11,536 bases of DNA from Planctomycetota bacterium (GTDB lineage: Bacteria > Planctomycetota > GCA-002687715 > DRQF01). Position 1 is the first letter of the stretch, and the number at the start of each line of letters is the position of its first letter. The notes below the pieces were generated by a model. The model saw nothing but the letters and a program-made list of their open reading frames with translations, was not told the origin of the DNA and ran no database searches. Location of the stretch: contig JALTLO010000060.1 in NCBI GenBank assembly GCA_027001995.1, positions 1 through 11,536 on the forward strand. Direction: 5' to 3'. The translations under genes were made by a program, and so were the position numbers. Shown piece after piece: positions 1-7,507 of this stretch.

Positions 1-811
1 TCATCAAGGAGGTTGTGACGCTTGAGGATTGAACAGCTACCGTCAGCAGGGCCCCGATGATGATGGCCAGGACACCACTCTTCTCCAGGACTCGATTGAG
101 CGTTTTTTCCATGCGAGCCAACATGAGAGACTTCATGGTCTTGGTGATCGTGACCAAGCAGAAGAAAACCGTGGCCAGAGCGAAGACCAGCATGACAATC
201 CCTGCGGCGTTGGTGGATAAGGAAAGGTCATCGGTAATGAAGTGCTTGATTGGCCCGGAAACGGCTCGATAACTGGACTTGATCGGGTTGGACATCTTGC
301 CGCCTTCGATGCCGCCGTAAATGGCATGGGAAATCCAAGTTGCGGAATTCTGCAAGACGTGGGTGGCCATCTCTAAGGGAAGAAACACCATCACCGCCAT
401 GAGATTGAAGAAATCGTGCATGGTAGAGCCAGCAAAAGCTCGGCGAAATTCTGTGTCCTGCCGAACGTGACCAAGAGAGACCAAGGTATTGGTCACAGTG
501 GTGCCAATATTGCAACCCATGATTGTGAAGACGGCAATGTCGATGTCAAATTGCCCGGCTCCTACGGCGGCGACCACCATGGAGGTGGTGGCGGAACTAG
601 ATTGAACCAAAACAGTGGCGAGAATGCCGATGGAAAGGGCAGCAAAAGGATTGCTGATACCGTCGAAAAGGCCGGCGGCGTGAGCTTTGGCCATGAGCTT
701 GAATGAACCGCCCATAAGGTCGATAGAGATCAAGAAAACATAAAGGAGCCCCAAGAGCGTGATCGTCTTGAGCCAAGGGGGCGTCTGTTTGTTGATTTTC
801 TTCGAGATCAT
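1..811 (-). CDS. nptA: Na+/phosphate cotransporter, SLC34/NptA family (3' end lies beyond the left window edge)
   Basis: Translated by hand from the minus-strand ATG at 811 (GGAG 7 nt upstream): MISKKINKQTPPWLKTITLLGLLYVFLISIDLMGGSFKLM...SNPFAALSIGILATVLVQSSSATTSMVV...IMGCNIGTTVTNTLVSLGHVRQDTEFRRAFAGSTMHDFFN...LTVAVQSSSVTTSLM. Open to base 1. The two QSSS repeats and the GxNIGTTxT and AFAGxTxHDFFN motifs are SLC34 hallmarks. Confidence 0.92.
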   Translation of the reverse strand, partial: MISKKINKQTPPWLKTITLLGLLYVFLISIDLMGGSFKLMAKAHAAGLFDGISNPFAALSIGILATVLVQSSSATTSMVVAAVGAGQFDIDIAVFTIMGCNIGTTVTNTLVSLGHVRQDTEFRRAFAGSTMHDFFNLMAVMVFLPLEMATHVLQNSATWISHAIYGGIEGGKMSNPIKSSYRAVSGPIKHFITDDLSLSTNAAGIVMLVFALATVFFCLVTITKTMKSLMLARMEKTLNRVLEKSGVLAIIIGALLTVAVQSSSVTTSLM

Positions 812-1135
812 TCTGCTCTCCGGAGGTTGAGCTAAGAGTGTTCCCACAGAATGTGTGATTCTTGTAAATATCTCGTGGTTCTGTTGAGTTTCCCATGAGG
901 ATTTTCGATCCCATATGAGATTTGGGGTTCCGGCTATGCTGCCTGGGCGAAAGTGGGGCATTTGCCTCGAGTCATCGTGCGCTTCTTTTGCCACTTTTCC
1001 GTGTTTCCGCCGCAAATCCTCCCCAGGGTTCGATAGCTATGAACTTAACATGTTGCAAATGAATGGTTTGTGGTCGTTCTCTTGGGGCCTGTGGGGGAAT
1101 GGGTTTTCTTGATCCACACACAAAAAAGTGTTTCG

Positions 1136-1164
1136 TTGATTCGCATTGGACCTTGGACTAGAAT
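1136..1164 (+). promoter_or_regulatory. Putative sigma70-type promoter for the first secreted paralog
   Basis: TTGATT (1136-1141), 17-nt spacer, TAGAAT (1159-1164), about 100 nt upstream of ATG 1262. Confidence 0.55.
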
Positions 1165-1175
1165 AGACTGTCTAT
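1163..1175. promoter_or_regulatory. Perfect dyad overlapping the -10/+1 region; candidate operator
   Basis: ATAGAC-T-GTCTAT: 6-bp arms with a 1-nt centre. Confidence 0.35.
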
Positions 1176-1261
1176 AGGAGCGCAAAACGGCCTTTGTGCC
1201 GTTCCTACAACAACCAACATTCAGTTCGCTCCCTTGGGGCGGTTAGGCAAGGGGATTCTCC

Positions 1262-2524
1262 ATGCGTATGACTTTAGCCACGACGATGTTCGTGCTTCTC
1301 ACCGGATTCGCAAGTGCCCAAGGGGTTACTGGTGGATTCTTTAATCTTTACCGCGTTGACGTTGCTGCCACTTCGGCTCAGGGAATGACGTCACCGATCG
1401 CCGCGAGCTCGATGACTGATTCCGTGTCCAACCTCAACATGCAGGCCTTCCCCATGAGTTTCCCTGTGGTCATGTTGATTGATCGCGGCGGCGTCTTGGG
1501 AAGTACTATCAACTTAAACGCCTTCAATAACTTTGGCGTCCAGATCGACCTGCGAGACAAAGGAAGCAATGGTTACAGCGAGCAGATTTTGTTCACTGGG
1601 TATGACAACCCCGGAACAGACACTTGGACCACCGCTTCCGGTGCTCTATCAACAACAGCTACCATTCCTGCATGTACGACTTTCCTTGGCACCGCGACTT
1701 GCATAACGAATCCAAGTTTTGACCAATTCGAGATTTCTTCTCAGGCCATTCTTTTTGATCCCACGAACGCTCCATTCAACTTGAGTGCTTCCCCCGCAAC
1801 CCAGGGTGTGTTTGATAACGGCTATCGTGAGTACCCTCTCTTGTCTGGCGACAACTCGTCGATCTTCAACTTCAAGCAAGGGTTCATCTTCAGATTCTAC
1901 GGCACAAACTTCTCTCAAGCGTTTGTCTCTGCCAACGGATTCGTTTCTTTCGGCGCTGCTGACACCTCGTTTCCGAGCATCACTGTCAACAGCGTTCGCC
2001 TCGGTGTGAGAAGGATCATGAGCTTCTACAACGACCTTGTACCAGAAGGCATGCCCTATCCAACGACACGGATTTACGCTCAGCAGTTCGTTGACGCAAC
2101 CGGCTTGACCAAAGTCAAGTTCGTCCACGACCATTTGGCTGAGTTCTCCAACGCCACTGGCCCTCATGGTGGTGAGATCGTTATTACGGATAATGACGAT
2201 ATTGCCGTTTTTGTGCCTGGATACAATGGAGCCCCATCTATCAATACTGCTGTGGGTATCACCCCAGGTGGTGGTGTCGATGGCAATGTTGCTGTTCCCG
2301 GTCAAGACCTTTCGGCCCGATATGGCACCATGCACATTCGGGGACCAGGCAAGGCAGCCTATGAAGTGTTTGACCATGGCCCTCCAGCTGGCGTTATCAA
2401 TCCCTTGGATTTGAGTGGTTTCGCCAACGTTCCGAACCATCCAGTTGGCCCTGGAATTGTGTTCCTGAAAAATCCTGCTGCAGCCAACACGGCCCCATCA
2501 AATTCCTCATACATCATTCAATAG
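1262..2524 (+). CDS. Secreted protein with a nidogen/NIDO-like motif, paralog 1 (420 aa)
   Basis: Sec signal peptide ending ASA|Q. FIFRFYGTNFSQAFVSANGFVSF resembles the FxFxFYGxxYxxxxVSxNGxxSF motif of NIDO-like domains. Collinear with 2772..4037 with many synonymous changes. Purine-rich RBS (AAGGGGA) upstream and a terminator downstream. Confidence 0.85.
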   Translation: MRMTLATTMFVLLTGFASAQGVTGGFFNLYRVDVAATSAQGMTSPIAASSMTDSVSNLNMQAFPMSFPVVMLIDRGGVLGSTINLNAFNNFGVQIDLRDKGSNGYSEQILFTGYDNPGTDTWTTASGALSTTATIPACTTFLGTATCITNPSFDQFEISSQAILFDPTNAPFNLSASPATQGVFDNGYREYPLLSGDNSSIFNFKQGFIFRFYGTNFSQAFVSANGFVSFGAADTSFPSITVNSVRLGVRRIMSFYNDLVPEGMPYPTTRIYAQQFVDATGLTKVKFVHDHLAEFSNATGPHGGEIVITDNDDIAVFVPGYNGAPSINTAVGITPGGGVDGNVAVPGQDLSARYGTMHIRGPGKAAYEVFDHGPPAGVINPLDLSGFANVPNHPVGPGIVFLKNPAAANTAPSNSSYIIQ

Positions 2525-2546
2525 GACTGGCGTTCAACAATTCACG

Positions 2547-2578
2547 AAAAGCCCCAGCTTCACGTTGGGGCTTTTTTT
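2547..2578 (+). terminator. Rho-independent terminator
   Basis: AAAA-GCCCCAGC-ttcac-GTTGGGGC-TTTTTTT: 8-bp GC-rich stem (one G-U) plus a U7 tract, 22 nt after the stop at 2524. Confidence 0.9.
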
Positions 2579-2771
2579 ATGTCTTCAAAGACAGGTACTC
2601 TGCCGCCATTCATAGCCACCTGCTGAGAATCGTCCGCAAAAGATTTCATGTTTGATCAGGAAAGGAACGATGATTAAGGTGAGGCAAGCGCAAGATGAGG
2701 GTCTTTAGACCACCTCCTGATTTCACCGATGGAATTGGCCGTTCATTGAGGACGGCAGAGGAGGAAGACTG

Positions 2772-4037
2772 ATGCGTTGTTTCTATCCATTTATCGTTGG
2801 TTTGTTTTGTCTGTCTACTGGCAACTTGGCAGCCCAGGGAGTCGTTGGCACGGCCTTTACCCGTTACATGGTGAATGCTCCATCGACGAATTCTGTTGGG
2901 CTTAGCTCGCCCATTCCAGCAACGAGCATGACGGACTGCCCTGCAACTCTGAACATCGCGACCTTCCCCTTAAGCGCACCCGTGATCATGATTATCGAGA
3001 AGGCTGCCAACCTAGGAAACACGATTTCGTTGAATGCGTGGAACATGTTTGGCATTCAGATTGACGTGCGGGACAAGAACAATAACGGCTATAGTGACCA
3101 GATTTTCTTTGACGGGTACAGTCAGCCATCTCCATTGACTTGGACCACTTCATCAGGCAGTTTGACAAGGGTGGTTTCGATCCCCGCATGTACTTCTTCG
3201 GGGGGAATCAACACTTGCATTACTTCGCCTTTCTTCAATCAATTTGAGATCGCTTCTCAAGCAATTGTCCAAAACCCGGTTGCAATGCCCTTTGGCCTTC
3301 AATCGACACCAGCGACCCAAGGAGTCTATGATAACGCCTATCAGGAATTCGTCTTGGGCGATAACGATGCCGGGACGTATAATTTCAAGCAAGGGTTTTC
3401 CTTCAATTTCTATGGCGTGAACTATACACAGGCCCTGGTTTCCACGAATGGCTATGTGTCTTTTGGTGCCGCAAGCTCGGCGTTTCCTGTTATTACCGTC
3501 AACAATGTTCGCGTCCAAGCTCCGAGGATCATGAGCTTCTACGATGATTTGCTTGGCGTCGCTTCCGTATCAGGGGGAACAAAGAGAATTTACGCCCAAC
3601 AGTTCTGTGATGCCTCGGGCGTCATGAAAGTACGATTCGTTCATGAATTCTTGGCGGAGTTTGGCGATATGACGGGTTCTCACGGGGGCGAGATTGTCAT
3701 TACTGACAACGATGACATTGCTGTTTTTGTACCGGGCTACCAAGGGGCTCCGTCCATCAATACGGTCGTTGGCATTACTCCTGGTCTTGGAATTGATCCG
3801 AATGTTCCTGGTTTTGGCCGGGACCTATCAGCTTTGAGTGGGACGATGACGGTTCTGAACCCCGGGCGCTCGGCTTTCGAGCTCTTTGACCACGGCCCTG
3901 GTACACCGTTGAATCCTATTGACCTCATCGGGTTTGCCAACAACATGAGCCATCCAGTGGGAAGAGGCATTGTGTTCCGCAAGAACCCAGCGGCTCTCAA
4001 TACAACACCGGCAAATTCCTCCTATATCGTCGAATAG
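2772..4037 (+). CDS. Secreted protein with a nidogen/NIDO-like motif, paralog 2 (421 aa)
   Basis: Signal peptide ending LAA|Q; strong RBS (GAGGAGG, 2758-2764); FSFNFYGVNYTQALVSTNGYVSF motif; end-to-end similarity to 1262..2524 (over half identical by eye). Confidence 0.85.
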   Translation: MRCFYPFIVGLFCLSTGNLAAQGVVGTAFTRYMVNAPSTNSVGLSSPIPATSMTDCPATLNIATFPLSAPVIMIIEKAANLGNTISLNAWNMFGIQIDVRDKNNNGYSDQIFFDGYSQPSPLTWTTSSGSLTRVVSIPACTSSGGINTCITSPFFNQFEIASQAIVQNPVAMPFGLQSTPATQGVYDNAYQEFVLGDNDAGTYNFKQGFSFNFYGVNYTQALVSTNGYVSFGAASSAFPVITVNNVRVQAPRIMSFYDDLLGVASVSGGTKRIYAQQFCDASGVMKVRFVHEFLAEFGDMTGSHGGEIVITDNDDIAVFVPGYQGAPSINTVVGITPGLGIDPNVPGFGRDLSALSGTMTVLNPGRSAFELFDHGPGTPLNPIDLIGFANNMSHPVGRGIVFRKNPAALNTTPANSSYIVE

Positions 4038-4044
4038 GACGACG

Positions 4045-4158
4045 GGGCTCCCTTGAAATAAGTGTCGGTTTTCGCGCAAACTGGGTTGGATTGGCTTTGG
4101 CGAGGCGAATTCAGTTGTTTGCCGGGACCGTCACTCTATGTTTCAAGGATAGGAGCTC
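4045..4158 (+). other. Long imperfect inverted repeat (about 40 bp of pairing) spanning the spacer upstream of recQ; candidate structured RNA
   Basis: In-register helices: 4045-4050/4153-4158, CCTTGAAATA 4051-4060/TGTTTCAAGG 4139-4148, AGTG/CACT, CGGTTT/GGACCG, GCAAAC/GTTTGC, TGGGTT/AATTCA. Confidence 0.5.
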
Positions 4159-5853
4159 ATGGCGCAGTCAGCTCTCCAGGTGCTCGAAAGTCAGTTTGGG
4201 CATACGTCCTTCCAAGGCATGCAGGAGGAAATTATCTCCTGTGTCCTCAGAGGTGAAGACACCCTCATCATCATGCCCACCGGTGGTGGCAAGTCTCTTT
4301 GTTATCAGCTTCCGGCTCTGATGCTTCCCCATTTGACCATCGTGATTTCGCCACTGATTGCCCTCATGAAGGATCAGGTGGACGCCCTGCAAAAAAAAGG
4401 GATCCCGGCGACCTACATCAATTCCTCACTGGATAAAGGAGAGCGTGAACTTCGGCTCCTGGATGTGGTCAACGGCAAGTACAAACTCCTTTATGTGACC
4501 CCGGAAAGGTTTCGCAAGAAGGAGTTTGTTTCAGCCATGAAGGGTGTTGGCATTTCTCTTCTGGCGGTTGATGAGGCCCACTGTATTACTTCCTGGGGCC
4601 ACGACTTTCGCCCAGAGTATGGACGAGTTGGTGTCATTCGAGAGACCTTGGGCAACCCGGTTACCATTGCTTTGACGGCGACAGCAGCTCCTGAAACACA
4701 GGTCGAGATCAAACGTTCCCTGGGGATTGAAGATGCCAAGCTTTTTCATTCTGGCATCGAACGCCCCAACCTCCATTTGTCTGTGCACCAAGTGTTTGAT
4801 GGAGAAGAACGCCTCGAGCGTATCGTGAGCTTGGTTGACCGTTTGGGTGGGCCAGGCATTGTCTATATGTCCTTGATTCGTGACCTTCGCGTTCTTGAGG
4901 ACGAGCTGTTGAGGCGAGGAAAGACGCCTTTGGTCTACCATGGGGGGTTGTCTGCCCACGAACGTCGGCAAATGCAAGATCGTTTCTTTGCGTCCACGGA
5001 TGCCGTTGTCTTAGCTACAAACGCCTTTGGCATGGGAGTCGATAAGGCTGATATTCGTTTTATTATTCACGGGCAAATCCCAGGAAGTCCAGAGGCCTAC
5101 TATCAAGAGATTGGCCGTGCTGGCCGAGATGGCAAGCCTTCTCTTTGCGAGCTCATTTACTTTGCCGAAGATCTTATGATTCGCAAGCAATTCATCGAAT
5201 GGGCCAATCCGACTCCCGATTTCTTGCGATCGGTCTATGACCTTATGGTGTCATGGGGTGAGAATCTCTATGCTCACGATCTTGAGGATATTGCCTCGAC
5301 CTTATTGCTTAAGAACCGTCGGGACGGACGAGCTGGGATGGTTGTTGGATTGTTGCGCGCCGCGGACATCATTGTTGGCGATTTTGATCGGGGGAACTTG
5401 GAAATCGTTCGGCCCCTTCGGGATCATGAAGAAGACCAGTTGATTGATGTTTCTAAGCGTGAACGAGATTTGACCCGTTTGTTGGATTTACTGAAATTTG
5501 TTCAGGCAGATTCTTGCCGACGGCAACGGCTCTTCGGTTACTTTGGCTTTAACTTGGACGAAGGATGCGGCAACTGTGATATCTGTGTTTCCACTGACGA
5601 CTGGATCGCAGCGCAGCCATTCATCGAAAATATCAGTGGGGGAGATGCTCCTTCTGAGGAAGCCTGCGGGGAGTTTCACGACGATGCTCCGGTTCGAAGA
5701 GGGGAATGGCTCCTGATAAATCGCCGGCATCACGTTGTGGTGAAAAAAGTCGAACACGGAGAGTCCGGGACCTTCATCGAGGCTGAATCCGCCGGTGACT
5801 TGGAGATTCGGCGTTATGACCTTTCCCGGGTGCGATGGAGGCGCATCCAATAA
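4159..5853 (+). CDS. recQ: RecQ-family ATP-dependent DNA helicase (564 aa)
   Basis: MPTGGGKSLCYQLP (motif I), VDEAHCITSWGHDFRPEY (motif II plus aromatic loop), ALTATA, ATNAFGMGVDK, YYQEIGRAGRDG, and the Zn-binding CRR...YFG...CGNCDIC. AGGAG RBS at 4151-4155. Confidence 0.95.
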   Translation: MAQSALQVLESQFGHTSFQGMQEEIISCVLRGEDTLIIMPTGGGKSLCYQLPALMLPHLTIVISPLIALMKDQVDALQKKGIPATYINSSLDKGERELRLLDVVNGKYKLLYVTPERFRKKEFVSAMKGVGISLLAVDEAHCITSWGHDFRPEYGRVGVIRETLGNPVTIALTATAAPETQVEIKRSLGIEDAKLFHSGIERPNLHLSVHQVFDGEERLERIVSLVDRLGGPGIVYMSLIRDLRVLEDELLRRGKTPLVYHGGLSAHERRQMQDRFFASTDAVVLATNAFGMGVDKADIRFIIHGQIPGSPEAYYQEIGRAGRDGKPSLCELIYFAEDLMIRKQFIEWANPTPDFLRSVYDLMVSWGENLYAHDLEDIASTLLLKNRRDGRAGMVVGLLRAADIIVGDFDRGNLEIVRPLRDHEEDQLIDVSKRERDLTRLLDLLKFVQADSCRRQRLFGYFGFNLDEGCGNCDICVSTDDWIAAQPFIENISGGDAPSEEACGEFHDDAPVRRGEWLLINRRHHVVVKKVEHGESGTFIEAESAGDLEIRRYDLSRVRWRRIQ

Positions 5854-5906
5854 GGTTGAGGCTTCGTATTATTCTCTTGGCTCACCAGGGACTCTCATGA
5901 GACACT

Positions 5907-6470
5907 ATGAACATGTTCGAATCGCTTAGTGGAAAAGTTCTGATTGCTGGCCCCAGTCTGCAAGATCCTAATTTTCAGCGGACTGTCATCGTGATGTGCG
6001 AGCACACAGAAGAGGGAGCCCTTGGGATCGTCTACAATCGTCCGTCGCCGATTACGGTGTCTGAGGCCATGCCTGCCCTGGTCACAAGTTCCTTAGCCGG
6101 AAGTCGGCTGTTTTTGGGGGGGCCGGTCCAGACGGACAGCCTATTCGTTATTCACGACGACGAGAATGCTGGTGGGGAAGAGCTCAGCTCTGGTGTCTTC
6201 TTTGGTGGTGACCCCCAACTCTTGGGGGCTCTGATTGCCCATTTGGGACAAGGACGAGGCATCCATGTGCGGATTTTCGCTGGCTACTCCGGCTGGGGAG
6301 CCGGGCAGTTGGAATTCGAGATGTCACAGGGGGCCTGGATTGTTGCTCCCCTTGATCCGGAGCAAGTCTTGGTCGCCGAAGGTGAAGACGGATGGCGACA
6401 GGCTCTTGTTGATTTAGGGGGGCGTTACGCCGTTTTGGCCCAAGCCCCCATTGACCCTCGCCTCAATTGA
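5907..6470 (+). CDS. YqgE/AlgH family protein (UPF0301), 187 aa
   Basis: LIAGPSLQDPNFQRTVIVMCEH, GALGIVYNRP, LFLGGPVQ, RIFAGYSGWGAGQLEFE...GAW and C-terminal PIDPRLN all match the family pattern. Confidence 0.93.
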   Translation: MNMFESLSGKVLIAGPSLQDPNFQRTVIVMCEHTEEGALGIVYNRPSPITVSEAMPALVTSSLAGSRLFLGGPVQTDSLFVIHDDENAGGEELSSGVFFGGDPQLLGALIAHLGQGRGIHVRIFAGYSGWGAGQLEFEMSQGAWIVAPLDPEQVLVAEGEDGWRQALVDLGGRYAVLAQAPIDPRLN

Positions 6471-6501
6471 AGGCGAGAGTTCCTACCTCGAGGCCCGGTC
6501 G

Positions 6502-6675
6502 TTATTTGCGGACTTCGACGTGTTCAGTATGGCGACGCAAGCGACGGGAATACTTCATGAGACGCAATGGGCCTTCCATGTTGGCTTTGTTGCGACTTGC
6601 ACGATAATTGAGGTCGCCCGTTTCGGTGCATTTCAGCCACACATAGTCACGAGCAAGGTTTTTTTTCTTGGCCAC
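6502..6675 (-). CDS. rpmG: 50S ribosomal protein L33 (57 aa, GTG start)
   Basis: MAKKKNLARDYVWLKCTETGDLNYRASRNK...LRLMKYSRRLRRHTEHVEVRK. Start moved from 6702 to the GTG at 6675, which has GGAG 7 nt upstream and gives a normal L33 length. Confidence 0.95.
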   Translation of the reverse strand: MAKKKNLARDYVWLKCTETGDLNYRASRNKANMEGPLRLMKYSRRLRRHTEHVEVRK

Positions 6676-6853
6676 GGCCGTTCTCCGATATGAAATCCCC
6701 ATTTGGGGGCGCTATTGTTACCGAAATTCCAGCTCTCTCAAGGGCTCACCCATATTGCTGCCCTTTGCTCTTGCCTGAGTGTCCTAAGTTACTATTCTGT
6801 CTTTACTTGAAGTAGTCCATACGTTCGCAATTTTCCCCGTAGAAGGCACGAAA

Positions 6854-7507
6854 ATGAATCGGTTCTGCATGCTCAGCACGTTCTTGCTCCTCTTGACCTC
6901 GGGAGCTTGCTCAGACTCTGGCCAGAATCCTCCAACGGACGTGGTCCTTTCTGGGCCTAACCAAGTTGCCCAGGAGTTGACTCATGCCATGGTGGCGAAT
7001 GACTGTGGCAAAGTGGCTGACATGAGCACGGGAGTCCTTCACGAGTACTATGCCACGTTGGAGCGGATGCGCAGCATCTTGCTCCAAGTTAGCCAGAGTT
7101 TCGAAGAGCTCTATCCAGAAGAGAAAAAGGCCCCAAGCTTGCTCAAGCTCAAGAATGCTTGGCGGGTGCCCATGACGTACTATAAGGATATGCACTTAGA
7201 CGGGGCGCTCCGCGTGGAAGAAGGAAGCCAAGAACGTCGTTACGCCATCTCATGGGTCAACCCAGAAGGGGCTCATGAAGAAGGGGTACTCATAGTGGTG
7301 CAAGTCAACGGCGATTGGCGAGTTTCTTCTTTGGGGTTGAAATCGCCAAGAGCAGAAACTCTTGGGTCTCTGCGAACCCAATTGAACTACTTGGAGTTCA
7401 CTTGGCAGGAGGCCATGAAACAAGTGCGAGAAGCGAAACTTGGGACGCTCAGGGAAGCTCATCTTTTGTTCACCCGAGTTCGCAAGGAAATGAGTCAGGA
7501 CAGGTAG
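6854..7507 (+). CDS. Hypothetical lipoprotein (217 aa)
   Basis: MNRFCMLSTFLLLLTSGA|C lipobox-like signal. VVQVNGDWRVSS is reminiscent of NTF2-like (DUF4878-type) lipoproteins (weak inference). Stop TAG abuts the next ATG. Confidence 0.75.
   Translation: MNRFCMLSTFLLLLTSGACSDSGQNPPTDVVLSGPNQVAQELTHAMVANDCGKVADMSTGVLHEYYATLERMRSILLQVSQSFEELYPEEKKAPSLLKLKNAWRVPMTYYKDMHLDGALRVEEGSQERRYAISWVNPEGAHEEGVLIVVQVNGDWRVSSLGLKSPRAETLGSLRTQLNYLEFTWQEAMKQVREAKLGTLREAHLLFTRVRKEMSQDR

Noticed and set aside
852..879. Pho-box-like 11-bp periodic hexamers upstream of nptA (minus strand ACCACG, TTTACA, CACACA)
   Set aside because: Only one of the three matches TT(A/T)ACA well; too degenerate to call without a motif model.
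1046..1070. Imperfect dyad TAA-N4-TT-N7-AA-N4-TTG including AACATGTT, reminiscent of a recombinase or regulator site
   Set aside because: Single weak copy with no partner site or recombinase gene in the window.
29..1112. Short ORFs in the track (29..220, 57..272, 133..327, 228..515, 416..706, 597..914, 915..1112)
   Set aside because: Most overlap the clear minus-strand nptA frame, which is missing from the track. None has motif support, and 915..1112 has no evident RBS.
1649..2440. 263-aa antisense ORF inside paralog 1
   Set aside because: Shadow ORF: no recognisable motifs, and no equivalent full-length antisense ORF exists in paralog 2, while the sense frame shows synonymous-change conservation.
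4045..4158. SRP (4.5S) RNA identity for the 114-nt hairpin
   Set aside because: Size and shape fit, but the conserved domain IV motif (CAGG...GNRA tetraloop...AGCAG) is absent on both strands.
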